Positions 51,978 through 63,336 are shown, numbered from the stretch's first letter. The stretch is DNA of 64,000 nucleotides from Vicinamibacteria bacterium (GCA_050246895.1 JBFWVE010000006.1:251770-315769), one strand, 5' to 3'. Translations and numbers: made by a program. Notes: generated from the letters alone by a model not told the origin.

Positions 51978-53246
51978 GTGACCTCCGAAGCGCCGGCTCC
52001 CGCGGCTCCCACCCGGCGCCTCCTCGGCCTGCTCGAATGGCCGCGTCACGTGAGCGAGGCCGAGCGGCGCTCGCTCGTCGCGGGCGGCCTCGGCTGGATG
52101 CTCGACGCCATGGACGTGATGCTCTACTCCATGGTGCTCGCGCACCTGATGCTCGACCTCGGCATGGACAAGCCGACGGCGGGCCTGCTCAACTCGCTCA
52201 CGCTGCTGGCGTCCGCGATCGGCGGCCTGCTGTTCGGCTTCCTGGCCGACCGCGTCGGCCGCACGCGCGCGCTGATGCTCTCGATCCTGGTCTACTCGCT
52301 GGCGAGCGGCGCCTGCGGGCTCTCCACCACGATCGCCCAGCTCGCCCTCTTCCGCTTCCTGCTCGGCCTCGGCATGGGCGGCGAGTGGACGACGGGCGCC
52401 GCGCTGATCGCCGAGACCTGGGCCCCCGAGCACCGCGGCAAGGCGCTCGGCCTGATGCAGTCGACCTGGGCCATCGGCGAGATGCTCGCGGCGGGCATCG
52501 TCGCCCTGGTGCTGCCCGTCTACGGCTGGCGCGCGGTGTTCTTCGTCGGCGTGCTGCCCGCGCTCGTCGTCTTCTGGATCCGGCGCGACGTGCCGGAGTC
52601 GGAGCTCTGGCTGAAGCACCAGGCGAGCGGCGAGAGGGGCTCGCTGCGCGTGCTGTGGCGCAAGGACATCCGCTGGCACGGCATCCTGGCAACCGCGATG
52701 AACGCCTTCGGCATGTTCGGCTACTGGGGCCTGTTCACCTGGATCCCCGCCTACCTGGCGCTGCCGGTCGCCCTGGGAGGGCGCGGCCTCGACCTGATGC
52801 AGACGACCACCTGGCTCGTGATCATGGGCGTCGGCAAGTGGTTCGGCTACGCCCTCTTCGGGTTCTTCGCCGACTCCGCGGGGCGACGCCGCGCCTACGT
52901 GACCTACCTGCTGGTCGCGGCCGCGCTGGTGCCGCTTTACGGCATGGCCGAGAGCCCGCTGTGGCTGCTGCTGCTCGGCCCGTTCGTGGCTTTCTTCGGC
53001 ACCGGCTTCTTTTCCGGTTTCAGTGCCGTCGCCTCGGAGCTGTTCCCTACCGAGATCCGCGCCACGGCCATGGGCCTCAGCTACAACATCGGCCGCGGGC
53101 TGTCGGCGGCCGCGCCGGCGATCGTCGGCCTGCTGGCGGCCCGCTTCGGCCTCGGCTCGGCCTTCTTCCTGCAGGCCGCGGCCTTCTTCGTGGCCGCGCT
53201 GCTGGCGCTCGCCCTGCCCGAGACGAAGGGCCGCAAGCTGGAGTAG
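51978..53246 (+). CDS. MFS transporter
   Basis: A 12-TM profile with GFLADRVGRTRAL, the MFS loop 2-3 motif. Confidence 0.8.
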   Translation: MTSEAPAPAAPTRRLLGLLEWPRHVSEAERRSLVAGGLGWMLDAMDVMLYSMVLAHLMLDLGMDKPTAGLLNSLTLLASAIGGLLFGFLADRVGRTRALMLSILVYSLASGACGLSTTIAQLALFRFLLGLGMGGEWTTGAALIAETWAPEHRGKALGLMQSTWAIGEMLAAGIVALVLPVYGWRAVFFVGVLPALVVFWIRRDVPESELWLKHQASGERGSLRVLWRKDIRWHGILATAMNAFGMFGYWGLFTWIPAYLALPVALGGRGLDLMQTTTWLVIMGVGKWFGYALFGFFADSAGRRRAYVTYLLVAAALVPLYGMAESPLWLLLLGPFVAFFGTGFFSGFSAVASELFPTEIRATAMGLSYNIGRGLSAAAPAIVGLLAARFGLGSAFFLQAAAFFVAALLALALPETKGRKLE

Positions 53247-53288
53247 CGCGCGCCTGGGCTGCCGCGGGCGCGAGCCTCCGGCGTCCCG

Positions 53289-55076
53289 CTACTCGAGCAC
53301 CGTGCTCCAGCCGCGGCGGTTGAGGTCCCAGTAGACGATGCCGCCGGCGACCGCGGCCACCACCAGCAGGCCGAGCCCCAGCGCCGGCTCGCCGAAGATG
53401 ATCTTGCCGACGCCGAAGAGCGTCATGTAGACGAGCACGCAGCCGGCGGCCCAGTCGAGCAGGTTGTAGAGCGCGTCGTGCTTCGGCACGACGTCCGTCG
53501 CCTCGCGCGCGATCGGGCCCCAGAGCGCCGCGCTCGGCCGCACCTTCCGGTAGAAAGCGAGCAGGATCGCCCGCTCCTCTGGCGCCGTCAGGTAGGTCGC
53601 CGACAGCCAGGCCACGGTCGAGATCCCGACCGTGATGATCACGAGCCAGGCGAACTCGCTCGGGTCCTCGCTCTTCAGGCCGAAGCCGTACTGCAGGACG
53701 AGCGATGCCACGAACGAGGCGGCCATCGCCACGACCTCGCTCCAGGCGTTGATGCGCCACCAGAACCAGCGCAGGATGAAGACGCTGCCGGTGCCCGCCC
53801 CCAGCCCGATCAGCAGCTTCCAGGCGCCCGCGATCGAGTCCTGGTAGTAGGTCACGACGCACGAGATCAGCATGATCGCCACGGTCGCGAGCTGCGAGAT
53901 CCGCACGTAGTGCTTCTCGTCGCGCCCCTTCACAAGGAAGCGCCGGTAGAAGTCGTTGACCAGGTAGGAGGCGCCCCAGTTGAGCTGGGTGCTGACGGTG
54001 GACATGTAGGCGGCCGCGAAGGCGGCGACCATCACTCCGCGCAGCGCGGCGGGGAACACGTTCGGGTCCAGCATCATCTTGACGAAGCCGGACTCCTTGT
54101 CCGCCAGGTCGGGGTAGAGCACCAGCGAGCAGAGCGCCGTCAGCACCCAGGGCCAGGGCCGCACGGCGTAGTGGGCGACGTTGAACCAGAGCGTCGCCAG
54201 CAGCGAGTGTTTCTCGTCCTTGGCGCAGAAGATCCGCTGCGCGATGTAGCCGCCGCCGCCGGGCTCGGCGCCGGGGTACCAGGTCGCCCACCAGTTGACG
54301 GCCACGTAGACGAAGAAGGCGATCATGGGCATCCAGGGCGAGCCCAAGTCGGGCACGAAGGCCAGGATCGAGCCGTGACCCCCGCCCGCGGCCGCGCGCG
54401 CTGCGTCGAGGGCGGCCAGCTTCTGCTGCAGCGCGTCGAGCCCGCCGACGGCGCGCACGGAGCACACCGCCAGCACGATCACCATCCCCATCTTGAGGAC
54501 GAACTGGAACAGGTCGGTCACCAGCACGCCCCACAGGCCGGAGAGCGCCGAGACCATCGACGTCAGTAGCATGATCCCGAAGACCGCGGCGAGCGCCTGC
54601 AGCTTGTCGATGCCGAAGATCATCATCAGGATCTTCACCATCGCCAGGTTGACCCAGCCCATGATGATGCAGTTGATCGGCAGCCCCAGGTAGAGCGCGC
54701 GGAAGCCGCGCAGGAAGGCGGCCGGCCGGCCCGCGTAGCGCAGCTCGGCGAACTCGACGTCGGTCAGGACGCCCGCGCGCCGCCACAACCGCGCGTAGAA
54801 GAAGACGGTGAGCATGCCGCTCATCAGCATGCTCCACCACAGCCAGTTGCCCGCGATGCCGTGGGCCGCCACCAGGCCCGTCACCGCGAGCGGCGTGTCC
54901 GCGGCGAAGGTGGTGGCGACCATCGAGGTGCCGGCCAGCCACCAGCTCACGTTGCGCCCGCCCACGAAGAACTCCTCGGTGGAGGCGGTGGCGCGCGCGC
55001 GGTAGTAGAGGCCGATCGCCACGTTGGCGGCGAAGTAGAGGCCGATCGCGAGCCAGTCGAGCCAGCTGAGCTGCAT
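53289..55076 (-). CDS. Sodium:solute symporter family (SSS) transporter
   Basis: From Met16 of the track ORF: MQLSWLDWLAIGLYFAANVAIGLYYRARATASTEEFFVGGRNVSWWLAGTSMVATTFAADTPL. GGAGG lies 9 nt upstream. Track ORF 53077..56241 is an artifact. Confidence 0.85.
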   Translation of the reverse strand: MQLSWLDWLAIGLYFAANVAIGLYYRARATASTEEFFVGGRNVSWWLAGTSMVATTFAADTPLAVTGLVAAHGIAGNWLWWSMLMSGMLTVFFYARLWRRAGVLTDVEFAELRYAGRPAAFLRGFRALYLGLPINCIIMGWVNLAMVKILMMIFGIDKLQALAAVFGIMLLTSMVSALSGLWGVLVTDLFQFVLKMGMVIVLAVCSVRAVGGLDALQQKLAALDAARAAAGGGHGSILAFVPDLGSPWMPMIAFFVYVAVNWWATWYPGAEPGGGGYIAQRIFCAKDEKHSLLATLWFNVAHYAVRPWPWVLTALCSLVLYPDLADKESGFVKMMLDPNVFPAALRGVMVAAFAAAYMSTVSTQLNWGASYLVNDFYRRFLVKGRDEKHYVRISQLATVAIMLISCVVTYYQDSIAGAWKLLIGLGAGTGSVFILRWFWWRINAWSEVVAMAASFVASLVLQYGFGLKSEDPSEFAWLVIITVGISTVAWLSATYLTAPEERAILLAFYRKVRPSAALWGPIAREATDVVPKHDALYNLLDWAAGCVLVYMTLFGVGKIIFGEPALGLGLLVVAAVAGGIVYWDLNRRGWSTVLE

Positions 55077-55164
55077 CTTCGTGGACCTCCGGGGCCGCCG
55101 TGCTCGGGCGGACGCTAGCACAACGCTTGAAATCGGCGCGCGGCCGGGCTCTACTCAGGCCCGC

Positions 55165-56673
55165 GTGGATTTCCTCAGCATCGGCCTCCCCACCCTCCTC
55201 GCCGTCCTCGTCTACCTCGTCGGCATCAACCTGCTGGGCGCCTGGCTCGGGCGCGGCCAGAAGGACGCCGGCGACTATTTCCTCGGCAGCCACGCGATGC
55301 CCTGGTGGGCCGTGATGGCCTCGATCGTGGCTACCGAGACCTCGGCGCTCACCTTCCTGTCGGTGCCGGGCGACGCCTACCAGAGCGGCTTCGCATTCCT
55401 GCAGCTCACCTTCGGCTACCTGATCGGCCGCATCGCGGTCTCGCTGATCCTGCTGCCGGGTTACTTCAGCGGGCGGATCACCACCGCCTACGCCCTGCTC
55501 GAGCGGCGCTTCGGGGTCGCCGTACGGCGCTTCGCCTCGCTGATCTTCATGGTCACGCGGGTGATGGCGGCGAGCGTCCGGCTCGCGGTGCCCGCGATCC
55601 CGATCGCCCTGATCCTGGGCGTGCCGGTGTGGGTGGCGATCCTGATCCTGGCCGCTGGCACCGCGATCTACACCTACGTCGGCGGGCTGAAGGCGGTGAT
55701 CTGGATCGACCTGATCCAGGTGATCGTCTACCTCTCGGGCGCGATGATCGCGCTCCACTACCTGTTCGCCGCGATCCCGGGAGGCTTCGGCACGGTGGTG
55801 TCGGGCCGGGCGCTCGCGAGCGCGATCGATCTCGGCTTCGACCTGTCGAAGCCCTACACGCTCTGGGCAGGGATCCTGGGCGGCGGCTTCCTGACGATGG
55901 CGAGCCACGGCGCCGATCAGCTGATCGTGCAGCGGCTGCTCGCCTGCCGGGGGTTGCGCGACGCGCAGTGGGCGCTCGTGGGCAGCGGCGTCCTGATCGT
56001 GCTCCAGTTCGCGGTGTTCCTGACGCTGGGCGTGGCGCTCAACGCCTTCTTCGGGGGCCGCGCGATCGACCCGACGGGCGCCGTCGCCGACGCCTTCCGC
56101 TCGAGCGACGCGATCTTCCCTTCCTTCATCGTGCAGCACCTGCCGCCGCTCGCCTCGGCGTACCTGGTGGCCGGCATCTTCTCCGCGGCGATGTGCTCGG
56201 AGTCGTCCGCGCTCAACTCGCTGGCCTCCGCGCTCGCGCACGACATCGTCGCCCCGGTCTTCGGCGAGCAGGTGATCGAGGGCCGGCGCGGCCTGTGGCT
56301 CGGGCGCACGCTGACCCTCGTCTGGACGCTGGTCCTGGCCGGGCTCTCGATCGCCTTCTCGTACATGAGCCAGGGCGAGCCCGCCGTGCAGGTGGCGCTC
56401 GGCCTCGCCAGCGTCACCGCCGGCGGGCTGCTGGGCGCCTTCCTGCTGGGCCTGCTCGTGAAGCGCGCGCGGCAGGCGGACGTGCTGCTCGGCATCGGCA
56501 TCTCGGCGCTCGCGATGTTCTCCCTGTGGCTCGGCTCGAAGGGCTTCCTCCCCTTCGAGGCGGCCAAGGGCATCGCCTGGCCGTGGTATTCGCTGATCGG
56601 GTCCGCGATCGCGGTCGGCGTGGGCGCGCTGTCGTCGGCGCTCCGCAACGGCGGGCGACGGCAGGCCGTCTAG
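55165..56673 (+). CDS. Sodium:solute symporter family transporter (second copy, divergent)
   Basis: VDFLSIGLPTLLAVLVYLVGINLLGAWLGRGQKDAGDYFLGSHAMPWWAVMASIVATETSALTFLSVPG. Confidence 0.8.
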   Translation: MDFLSIGLPTLLAVLVYLVGINLLGAWLGRGQKDAGDYFLGSHAMPWWAVMASIVATETSALTFLSVPGDAYQSGFAFLQLTFGYLIGRIAVSLILLPGYFSGRITTAYALLERRFGVAVRRFASLIFMVTRVMAASVRLAVPAIPIALILGVPVWVAILILAAGTAIYTYVGGLKAVIWIDLIQVIVYLSGAMIALHYLFAAIPGGFGTVVSGRALASAIDLGFDLSKPYTLWAGILGGGFLTMASHGADQLIVQRLLACRGLRDAQWALVGSGVLIVLQFAVFLTLGVALNAFFGGRAIDPTGAVADAFRSSDAIFPSFIVQHLPPLASAYLVAGIFSAAMCSESSALNSLASALAHDIVAPVFGEQVIEGRRGLWLGRTLTLVWTLVLAGLSIAFSYMSQGEPAVQVALGLASVTAGGLLGAFLLGLLVKRARQADVLLGIGISALAMFSLWLGSKGFLPFEAAKGIAWPWYSLIGSAIAVGVGALSSALRNGGRRQAV

Positions 56674-56724
56674 CTGCGGCTAGCCGCGGGCGGCTCGGCG
56701 GGCGCAACGCCCGCTGTCACTCGC

Positions 56725-57135
56725 CTACGCTCGCTCGCGTCGCGCGCCGCGGACCTCGTCCATCAGGGCGAGCAGGTTGCCGTCGGGGTCGCGGAAGAAC
56801 GCCATCCAGAGATCGTGGTCGGGGAGCCTCGCGATCAGGTGCGGCTTCGCCTCGAAGGCGACGCCGCGCGCCTCGAGCGCCGCGGCGGCCGCCTGCAGAT
56901 CGGCCACCTTGTAGTAGATCACCGACGCGTTGCCGGCTCTGTCGCGAGCCGGAGCGTCGAGCATCAGCCGGACGCCGGCACAGTCGAAGAAGCCGAGCCC
57001 GGGGGGTGCCTGGAACAGGAAGCGCATGCCCAGCACGTCGCGGTAGAACGCGACTGCCCGCTCGATGTCGGCGACCGGTACAGCGATCTGCCCGATCGCC
57101 GCGAGGCCGAAACCACCAGCCGTGGAGCCACTCAT
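56725..57135 (-). CDS. VOC-family (glyoxalase/bleomycin-resistance/dioxygenase fold) protein
   Basis: From Met76 of the track ORF: MSGSTAGGFGLAAIGQIAVPVADIERAVAFYRDVLGMRF.... GGAGG lies 5 nt upstream. Confidence 0.75.
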   Translation of the reverse strand: MSGSTAGGFGLAAIGQIAVPVADIERAVAFYRDVLGMRFLFQAPPGLGFFDCAGVRLMLDAPARDRAGNASVIYYKVADLQAAAAALEARGVAFEAKPHLIARLPDHDLWMAFFRDPDGNLLALMDEVRGARRERA

Positions 57136-57289
57136 GCCCGCCTCCTGCATCCGCCGCCCGGGGATCCCACAGCATAGTGGGCTCCGCAGCCCGGAGTCGA
57201 CCGCGCGCGGCGGCCCCCCCGGGCCGCTCGCGTTTGACGCGCTGCGCGAATCCCCGCAAGATACCCGCCACTTCTCGCAGGAGGCCGCT

Positions 57290-58603
57290 TTGGACCTCGC
57301 CGCCACGATCACCGCGATGCGCACGGGCTTCAGCCGGACGTTCTGGATCGCGAACGTCATCGAGCTCTTCGAACGCTTCGCCTACTACGGGAGCAAGGCG
57401 ATCCTGGCGGTGTACGTGGCCGAGCAGGTGGGCCTCGGCCCCGAGCAGGCGGGCTGGCTGGTCGGCAGCTTCTTCAACACGCTGCTCTACTTCCTGCCGA
57501 TCCTGGCCGGCACGGTGGTCGACCGCTACGGCTTCAAACGCAGCCTGATGGCCTGCTTCGCGATCTTCTCGCTGGGCTACTTCATGATCGGCTTCGCCGG
57601 CCTGCCGGCCGGCCAGGGCGTCGTGCAGGCGATCGGCCCGCGCGCCTACATGGTGCTGGCGCTGCTGGTGACCGCGATCGGCGGCTCCCTGATCAAGCCC
57701 TCGATCGTCGGCACGGTCGCGCGCACGACCGACGAGAAGACCAAGTCGCTCGGCTACTCGATCTACTACACGCTGGTGAACATCGGCGGCGCCGTCGGCC
57801 CGATCTTGGCGCTGCAGGTGCGCGAGAACCTGGGCATCTCCTACGTGCTGGTGATGTCCTCGCTGGTGAGCTTCCTGTTGTTCAGCTCCACCGTGATCTT
57901 CTTCAGCGAGCCGCCGCGGCCCAAGGACGCCGCCCCGGCCAAGTCGATGGCGGGGGTCGTCGGCGACATGTTCACGGTGTTCCTGAACCTGCGCTTCATG
58001 GCCTTCCTGGTGATCTTCTCGGGCTTCTGGGCGATGTTCTGGCAGATCTTCTACTCGCTGCCGTTCTACGTGCGCGACGTGCTGCGCTACCCGCGCTTCG
58101 AGATCATCGAGACGGTCGACGCCTGGACCATCATCGTGGTGACCGTGCCGGCGGCCGCGCTCGCCAACAAGCTGCGGCCGATCCGGGCGATGACGCTGGG
58201 CTTCGCGCTGGCGACCGCCTGTTGGTTCGTGATGGGCGCGATGCCCACGCTGTTCGCGACGGTGGCGGCGATCGCGCTGTTCGCGGTCGGCGAGGCGATC
58301 CAGGCTCCGCGCTACTACGAGTACGTCGCCGACCTGGCGCCCAAGGAGCAGATGGGCACGTACATGGGCTTCGCGTTCCTGCCGGTCGCGATCGGCACTT
58401 TCGTGGCCGGCGCCATCGCGGGACGCCTGGTCACCCACTTCATAGGCACCACGGTCGACGGCACGCTCGTTCCCGGCCCTGGCGCCGCGGCGCCGCAGCA
58501 GATGTGGTTCGTGGTCGGCGCCATCGGCGTCGTCTCGACGCTGCTGATGATCGCCTACGACAAGCTGGTCGCTCCGCAGAAGCGGGCCCAGGCCCCCAGC
58601 TAG
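57290..58603 (+). CDS. POT/PTR2-family proton-dependent oligopeptide transporter (MFS)
   Basis: FSRTFWIANVIELFERFAYYGSKAILAVYV is the PTR2 signature. The start is either the TTG at 57290 (AGGAGG 5 nt upstream) or the ATG at 57317. Confidence 0.85.
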   Translation: MDLAATITAMRTGFSRTFWIANVIELFERFAYYGSKAILAVYVAEQVGLGPEQAGWLVGSFFNTLLYFLPILAGTVVDRYGFKRSLMACFAIFSLGYFMIGFAGLPAGQGVVQAIGPRAYMVLALLVTAIGGSLIKPSIVGTVARTTDEKTKSLGYSIYYTLVNIGGAVGPILALQVRENLGISYVLVMSSLVSFLLFSSTVIFFSEPPRPKDAAPAKSMAGVVGDMFTVFLNLRFMAFLVIFSGFWAMFWQIFYSLPFYVRDVLRYPRFEIIETVDAWTIIVVTVPAAALANKLRPIRAMTLGFALATACWFVMGAMPTLFATVAAIALFAVGEAIQAPRYYEYVADLAPKEQMGTYMGFAFLPVAIGTFVAGAIAGRLVTHFIGTTVDGTLVPGPGAAAPQQMWFVVGAIGVVSTLLMIAYDKLVAPQKRAQAPS

Positions 58604-59211
58604 CCTCCGGGCCGGCCAGTCGGGCGCTTCAGCGCCGCGATCGGCTCCCCCGCTTCGGAGCAGGCGACGAGCTGCGCGAGGCGGCGCTCGCGCGTCTCGG
58701 GGCGCTTCGCGCTCATGACCCAGAAGGCGCAGGTTCGCTGGTACCAGGGCGGCTGCGTGCGGAAGAAGTGCCAGGCGCGCGCCTGCGCCCGGAACCGCTT
58801 GGCGAGGGCGGGAGCGAGGCGGCGCGGCCGGTTCTCGTAGGAGTAGCTCGGCTCGACGCGGGCCTCGAACGCCCGCAGCCCCGACGGTCGCACGCGGCCC
58901 TCGGCCCGCAGCTCCTCGAAGCGCCTGACGTTGACCGCGCTCCATGCGCTCTTCGGCTTGCGAGGTGTGAAGCGCACGCTGAAGCTCTCCGCGTCCACGG
59001 CGCGCCGCACGCCGTCGATCCAGCCCACGCACAGCGCCTCGTCGAGGGCCTGCCGGTAGGTGACGCCGCGGCGGCTCGCCTGGACCTTGCGGCAGCTGAC
59101 CAGCAGCTCCCTCTCGCCGGGGTGTCCCTGCAGCCAGCGACGGAACTCGGCGGGGGTCGCGAACGCCCTGGCCACTGGCCCCGTCACCGCGTCAGCTCCC
59201 TGCCGCTCCAC
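58600..59211 (-). CDS. YdeI/OmpD-associated family protein
   Basis: ...CVGWIDGVRRAVDAESFSVRFTPRKPKSAWSAVNVRRFEEL.... Confidence 0.6.
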   Translation of the reverse strand: MERQGADAVTGPVARAFATPAEFRRWLQGHPGERELLVSCRKVQASRRGVTYRQALDEALCVGWIDGVRRAVDAESFSVRFTPRKPKSAWSAVNVRRFEELRAEGRVRPSGLRAFEARVEPSYSYENRPRRLAPALAKRFRAQARAWHFFRTQPPWYQRTCAFWVMSAKRPETRERRLAQLVACSEAGEPIAALKRPTGRPGG

Positions 59212-59716
59212 GAGCGGGAAGGCGCAGGCTCGCCCTGTTCTCCTTGATCCAGGCGAAGAGCCGGTCGGCTATCGGCTCTTCGTTGGAATAGAACTGCGCG
59301 TCGCAGCTCTCGAGCGCGTCGTGAAGGTCGCCACTCTCGCCGACGATGGCCGCCGACGCCCTGGACTCGGCCTTCTCGGGCGTCAGCTCGCCCACGACGC
59401 CGAGCGCCGCGATCGCCGCCTGCGTGATGCCCGCCACCCTGGGGCAGCCGATCGCGTGCAGGGCGGCGACGATGACGTCCACGAACTCGTTCGAGGAGTT
59501 GACGAAGAACTGGCTGTAGCCGCCGTTGTTGACCTCCCGCTCGAGCGCCTCCACGGCGAGCACGAAGCGCTCCTGCGTCGAGAGCGGGCCGGTCTTCTGC
59601 TGGATCGCCTGCTCGAACGCCAGCACCAGCGAGTCGATCCGGTACCTGGCCTCGAGCGCCAGCAGCTCGTCGGTCGTCTGGCCGGTGTAGGCCTCGAACC
59701 ACGCGTCACTCGGCAT
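59192..59716 (-). CDS. DUF4375-like protein (DMP19 C-terminal DNA-mimic fold family)
   Basis: LEREVNNGGYSQFFVNSSNEF matches the ENNGGF.QFF.NS motif of that family. Confidence 0.5.
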   Translation of the reverse strand: MPSDAWFEAYTGQTTDELLALEARYRIDSLVLAFEQAIQQKTGPLSTQERFVLAVEALEREVNNGGYSQFFVNSSNEFVDVIVAALHAIGCPRVAGITQAAIAALGVVGELTPEKAESRASAAIVGESGDLHDALESCDAQFYSNEEPIADRLFAWIKENRASLRLPARGAAGS

Positions 59717-59744
59717 CGCCGAACCTCGCCTTGCTCGGGGCCGG

Positions 59745-60176
59745 TCAGGGCGTCGGCTTGCGCGTCTGCGGCTCCGTCTCGCCCCGGTGGCAGGTGTAGC
59801 AGGTGACCTTCGGGGCGCCGGGCGCCGCCGGCTCCCCGACGCCCTTCAGCAGCTCGCCGTTGATGGCGAACACCATGCGGAGCATCACCCGCGCCGTGCG
59901 CTTGTCGTCCCGCTCGTCGCTCGCGAAGTCGTACTTGGTCAGATCGTCGGCATCGTCGCCCTTGTAGACGTGACAGTTCTGGCAGCGCACGCCGAGCGCC
60001 TGCGTGAAGCCCTTCATCATTCCGACGACGTCGCGTCCGCTGGTGTCCTTGGGCAGGACCTGGAGGTTGGTCGGATCCGGTGGCGACCACTGCGCGCTGG
60101 CGGTCGGCGCGCACCCGACAGCCAGCACCACGATTCCCGCCAGCCGAAGCGCCGCCCGGCTCGTCACGTCCCTCAT
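59745..60176 (-). CDS. Dihaem c-type cytochrome (lipoprotein)
   Basis: Two CxxCH motifs (CQNCH and CYTCH) and a signal peptide with LAVGCAP lipobox. Confidence 0.7.
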   Translation of the reverse strand: MRDVTSRAALRLAGIVVLAVGCAPTASAQWSPPDPTNLQVLPKDTSGRDVVGMMKGFTQALGVRCQNCHVYKGDDADDLTKYDFASDERDDKRTARVMLRMVFAINGELLKGVGEPAAPGAPKVTCYTCHRGETEPQTRKPTP

Positions 60177-60291
60177 GCTCTCCCTCCTCCAGGCCGACGC
60201 AACTCCGGCCTGACCACTGGGAATGAGCCAAGCATAGCGGGTTCATCGTTCCTTGCCGTTCACGTCCTCATGGCCAACCGTCCTGGAGAGC

Positions 60292-61569
60292 CTAGTAGAC
60301 GCCGCGGTTCTGGACCTTTTCCTTGGTGGCCAGGCTGAAGCGCGGATCGACCGCCTCACCGCTCTGGACGTGGGCGGCCACGTACTCGCCGAGGGCCGGG
60401 CCGTGCTTGAACCCGTGGCCTGAGCCACCGCCGACGAGCCAGACGTTCTCGAGGTCGGGATGGCGGTCGATCAGGAAGTCGCCGTTCGAGCTGTTCTCGT
60501 ACTGGCAGACCTCGCTCGAGACGAGCGGCGCGTCGGCGAGGCCTGGGAAGCGCCGCGCCACGAACTCGCGGACGGAAGCGAGCGTCGCCGGCGTGAGCTG
60601 GCGCTCGGCCGTGTCGGGATCGATCGCCGGCCCGTGCCGGTCGGGCGCGACCTTGAAGCCCCGCGTCTCGATGTCCGGCAGGCCGTAGATCTCCTCGCTG
60701 AAGTCGATCCAGACCGGCAGCCGCGGCGGCGCGAAGCGCGAGTCGCCGGCAGCCGGCCCGAAATAGAACACCTCCTGGCGCGTCGGGAAGATCCGCGGAC
60801 CGAGCAGCTCTGGGAACGCCTTGCCGAGCCAGGGCCCCAGCGCGAAGACGAAGGCGCCCGCGCGGACGCGAGACCCGTCGGCGAGCGTGATCTCGCTCGG
60901 GCGACCCCGGCCGGCGGGCGGCGTCGCCCGTCCGATCAGCAGCTCGCCCCCGTCGCGCCGCAGCTCGCCGACGACGGCTTGCACCGAGCGCCGCGCCATC
61001 AGCACGCCGCTCTTGGGCTCGAAGGTCGCCCAGGAGATCGGCCCGAACGCGATCTGCGGCCAGCGCCGCTCCAGCTCCGCGCGGTCGAGCTTCTCGTGCG
61101 GAATGCCGACACGGCCCAGTGTCGCGAGCGTCAGCAGCGTCAGCGGGTCCTGGTCGCGCGCCATCCACAGCATGCCTGTCTCGTGGAAGAACGGCGCGCC
61201 GCCCGCGCGCGCCGACAGCGCCTTCCACTGCTCGAGCGAGCGCCACGACCAGCGCGTGTAGATCTCCTTGTCGCCGTAGCCCATCCGGGTCACGCGCGTC
61301 TCGCCGCCGGAGCTTCCGCGCGACGATGCCGGTCCGTAGGCGTCCACCAGCACGACCGAGCGGCCGGCCTTGCGCAGGTGCCAGGCGGTCCAGCTTCCGA
61401 AGACGCCGGCGCCGATCACCGCGACGTCGTACCTGCGCGCGCCCGCCTGCACCGCCGGCGCCTGCGCTTCGCTCGCTGCGCCGCTCTCCGCCGCCGCCAG
61501 CTTCGCCGTGGCCGCCGCCCCCATCGCTCCTCCCGTGGCGCCCAGAAAACGCCGCCGGCTCGCCTTCAT
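60292..61569 (-). CDS. FAD-dependent oxidoreductase (DAO family) with Tat signal
   Basis: [14 protein letters not shown] (twin-arginine), then [19 protein letters not shown], the Rossmann GxGxxG motif. The ATG overlaps the upstream DUF885 stop (ATGA). Confidence 0.8.
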   Translation of the reverse strand: MKASRRRFLGATGGAMGAAATAKLAAAESGAASEAQAPAVQAGARRYDVAVIGAGVFGSWTAWHLRKAGRSVVLVDAYGPASSRGSSGGETRVTRMGYGDKEIYTRWSWRSLEQWKALSARAGGAPFFHETGMLWMARDQDPLTLLTLATLGRVGIPHEKLDRAELERRWPQIAFGPISWATFEPKSGVLMARRSVQAVVGELRRDGGELLIGRATPPAGRGRPSEITLADGSRVRAGAFVFALGPWLGKAFPELLGPRIFPTRQEVFYFGPAAGDSRFAPPRLPVWIDFSEEIYGLPDIETRGFKVAPDRHGPAIDPDTAERQLTPATLASVREFVARRFPGLADAPLVSSEVCQYENSSNGDFLIDRHPDLENVWLVGGGSGHGFKHGPALGEYVAAHVQSGEAVDPRFSLATKEKVQNRGVY

Positions 61570-63336
61570 CGGGCCTGCTCCTGCTTCACGAACCAGTCGA
61601 CGTGCTGCTCGAGCGTGCGCATCGGCAGGGCGCCGCTGCCGAGCACCGCGTCGTGGAAGCGCCGCACGTCGAAGCGCGGCCCGAGCGCCGCCCGCGCCTT
61701 CTCGCGCAGCCGCCGGAGCTCGAGCGAGCCCATCCGGTAGGCCAGCGACTGGCCCGGGATGTCGGTGGAGTAGCGCAGCGACTCCGTGTGGATCTGGGTG
61801 TCCGTCTCCATCAGGTGCTCGCGCATGAAGGCGACCGCCTTCTCGCGCGGCCAGCCGAGCGCGTTCATGCCGGTGTCCACCACCAGCCGGGTCGAGATGA
61901 AGATGTCCATGGCGAGGCGCCCGTAGCGGTCGTACGGGTCCTCGTACATGCCCATCTCGCCGGCGAGGTCCGACGCGTACTCGCCCCAGCCCTCGCTGTA
62001 GGCCGTGAAGAAAGTCTCGCGCCGGAACGCGGGCAGGCCCTGGTTCTCGATCGCGAGCAGCAATTGGAAATGGTGCCCCGGCACCAGCTCGTGGAAGATC
62101 AGCCCGCCGGCGTTCAGCAGCGAGCGGTCCTCCAGCTTCGACCCGTTGTAGCGGTAGTAGCCGCCCGGGTCGCTCGCCGTCGGCAGCTGGTAGTAGCCGA
62201 AGGTCGCCGCTCCCTCGAGCTCCGGCTCGAGCCGCTTCACGCCGTACGGCGCTCTCGGCTTGCGCAGGAAGAACGCGTCCACCTTCGGCTCGATGCGCGC
62301 GACGTGCGCCATCAGCCGCGCGCCGATCTCGTCGGCCGTCTTCGGGAAGAAGCGCGGGTCCGTGCGCAGCTTCTCCCGGAACTCGGCCTTCGTGCCGGTG
62401 AAACCGACGCGGGCACGCAGCGAGGCCATCTCGGCCTCGATCGCGGCGACGCGCTCCTGGCCGATGCGGTGGACCTGCTCGGGGGTGACGTCCTGCGAGG
62501 TGTGGTAGCGGACGAGCCAGCGGTAGTAGTCGGCTCCGCCGGGGTACTGCCCCAGCCCGACCGCGTCCGGCGCCGCCTTGCGGTACTCGCCGTCGAGCCA
62601 GCTCGCGAGCGCCGTGAGCCCCGGATTGACCTGGGTCTCGAGCCGCCTGCCGACCTCGGAGCGGAAGGCCTCCGCCTCTGCGGGCGCGACGCCCGCCAGG
62701 CGGCCGGACTTCACACCGAGGGGGCTCGTGTCGACGCCGCCCGCGATCGCGCGCAGCGTCGGAACCACCAGATCCAGCTCCTGCTTCGGGATTCGGATGC
62801 CCCGCGCCGCCTGGCCCTCGAGGATCTCGCGCATCTGGCCGATCAGCCGCGCGTAGTGCCCGAGCAGCGTCAGGAAGCGCGCGCGCCCGACGGCGTCCGT
62901 CACCGCCTGCGCCGCGAAGACGCCGTGGACGCTGCGGAACGGCGACGCGTAGGGCGTCACCGGGAAGCGCAGCCAGTGGAAACGCGGGGCGTCGGCCTCG
63001 GCCTCGAGCAGGAAGCGCAGCACGTCGAGCGAGAGCGCGTCCTCGTGCGCGAGCTCATCCGCCTTCGCGGCAGCCAGCCGCGCGAGCCAGGCGCGCGCCT
63101 CCGCGGCGTCCTGCTCCTCCTTCGCGAGCGAGAGGTCGGGCAGCGACTCGATCGGCAGGCCGAGCGACAGCCGCAGCTGCGGGCTGTCGCGCTTCAGCCG
63201 CTCGTAGTAGGCGTCGCCCGCCTCGCGCACGAGGCGCGCAAAGGCGTTCGGTTCGTCGGCGCGCCCGAGCGGCGGTGCGCCGAGGCTCCAGCCCAGGACC
63301 GCCAGCAGCGTCGCGACCGCGAGTTGTCGGAGCATC
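61566..63336 (-). CDS. DUF885-family protein (secreted metalloprotease-like, HExxPGHH)
   Basis: From Met51 of the track ORF: [19 protein letters not shown] (signal), then ...[16 protein letters not shown], the DUF885 metal-binding motif. Confidence 0.8.
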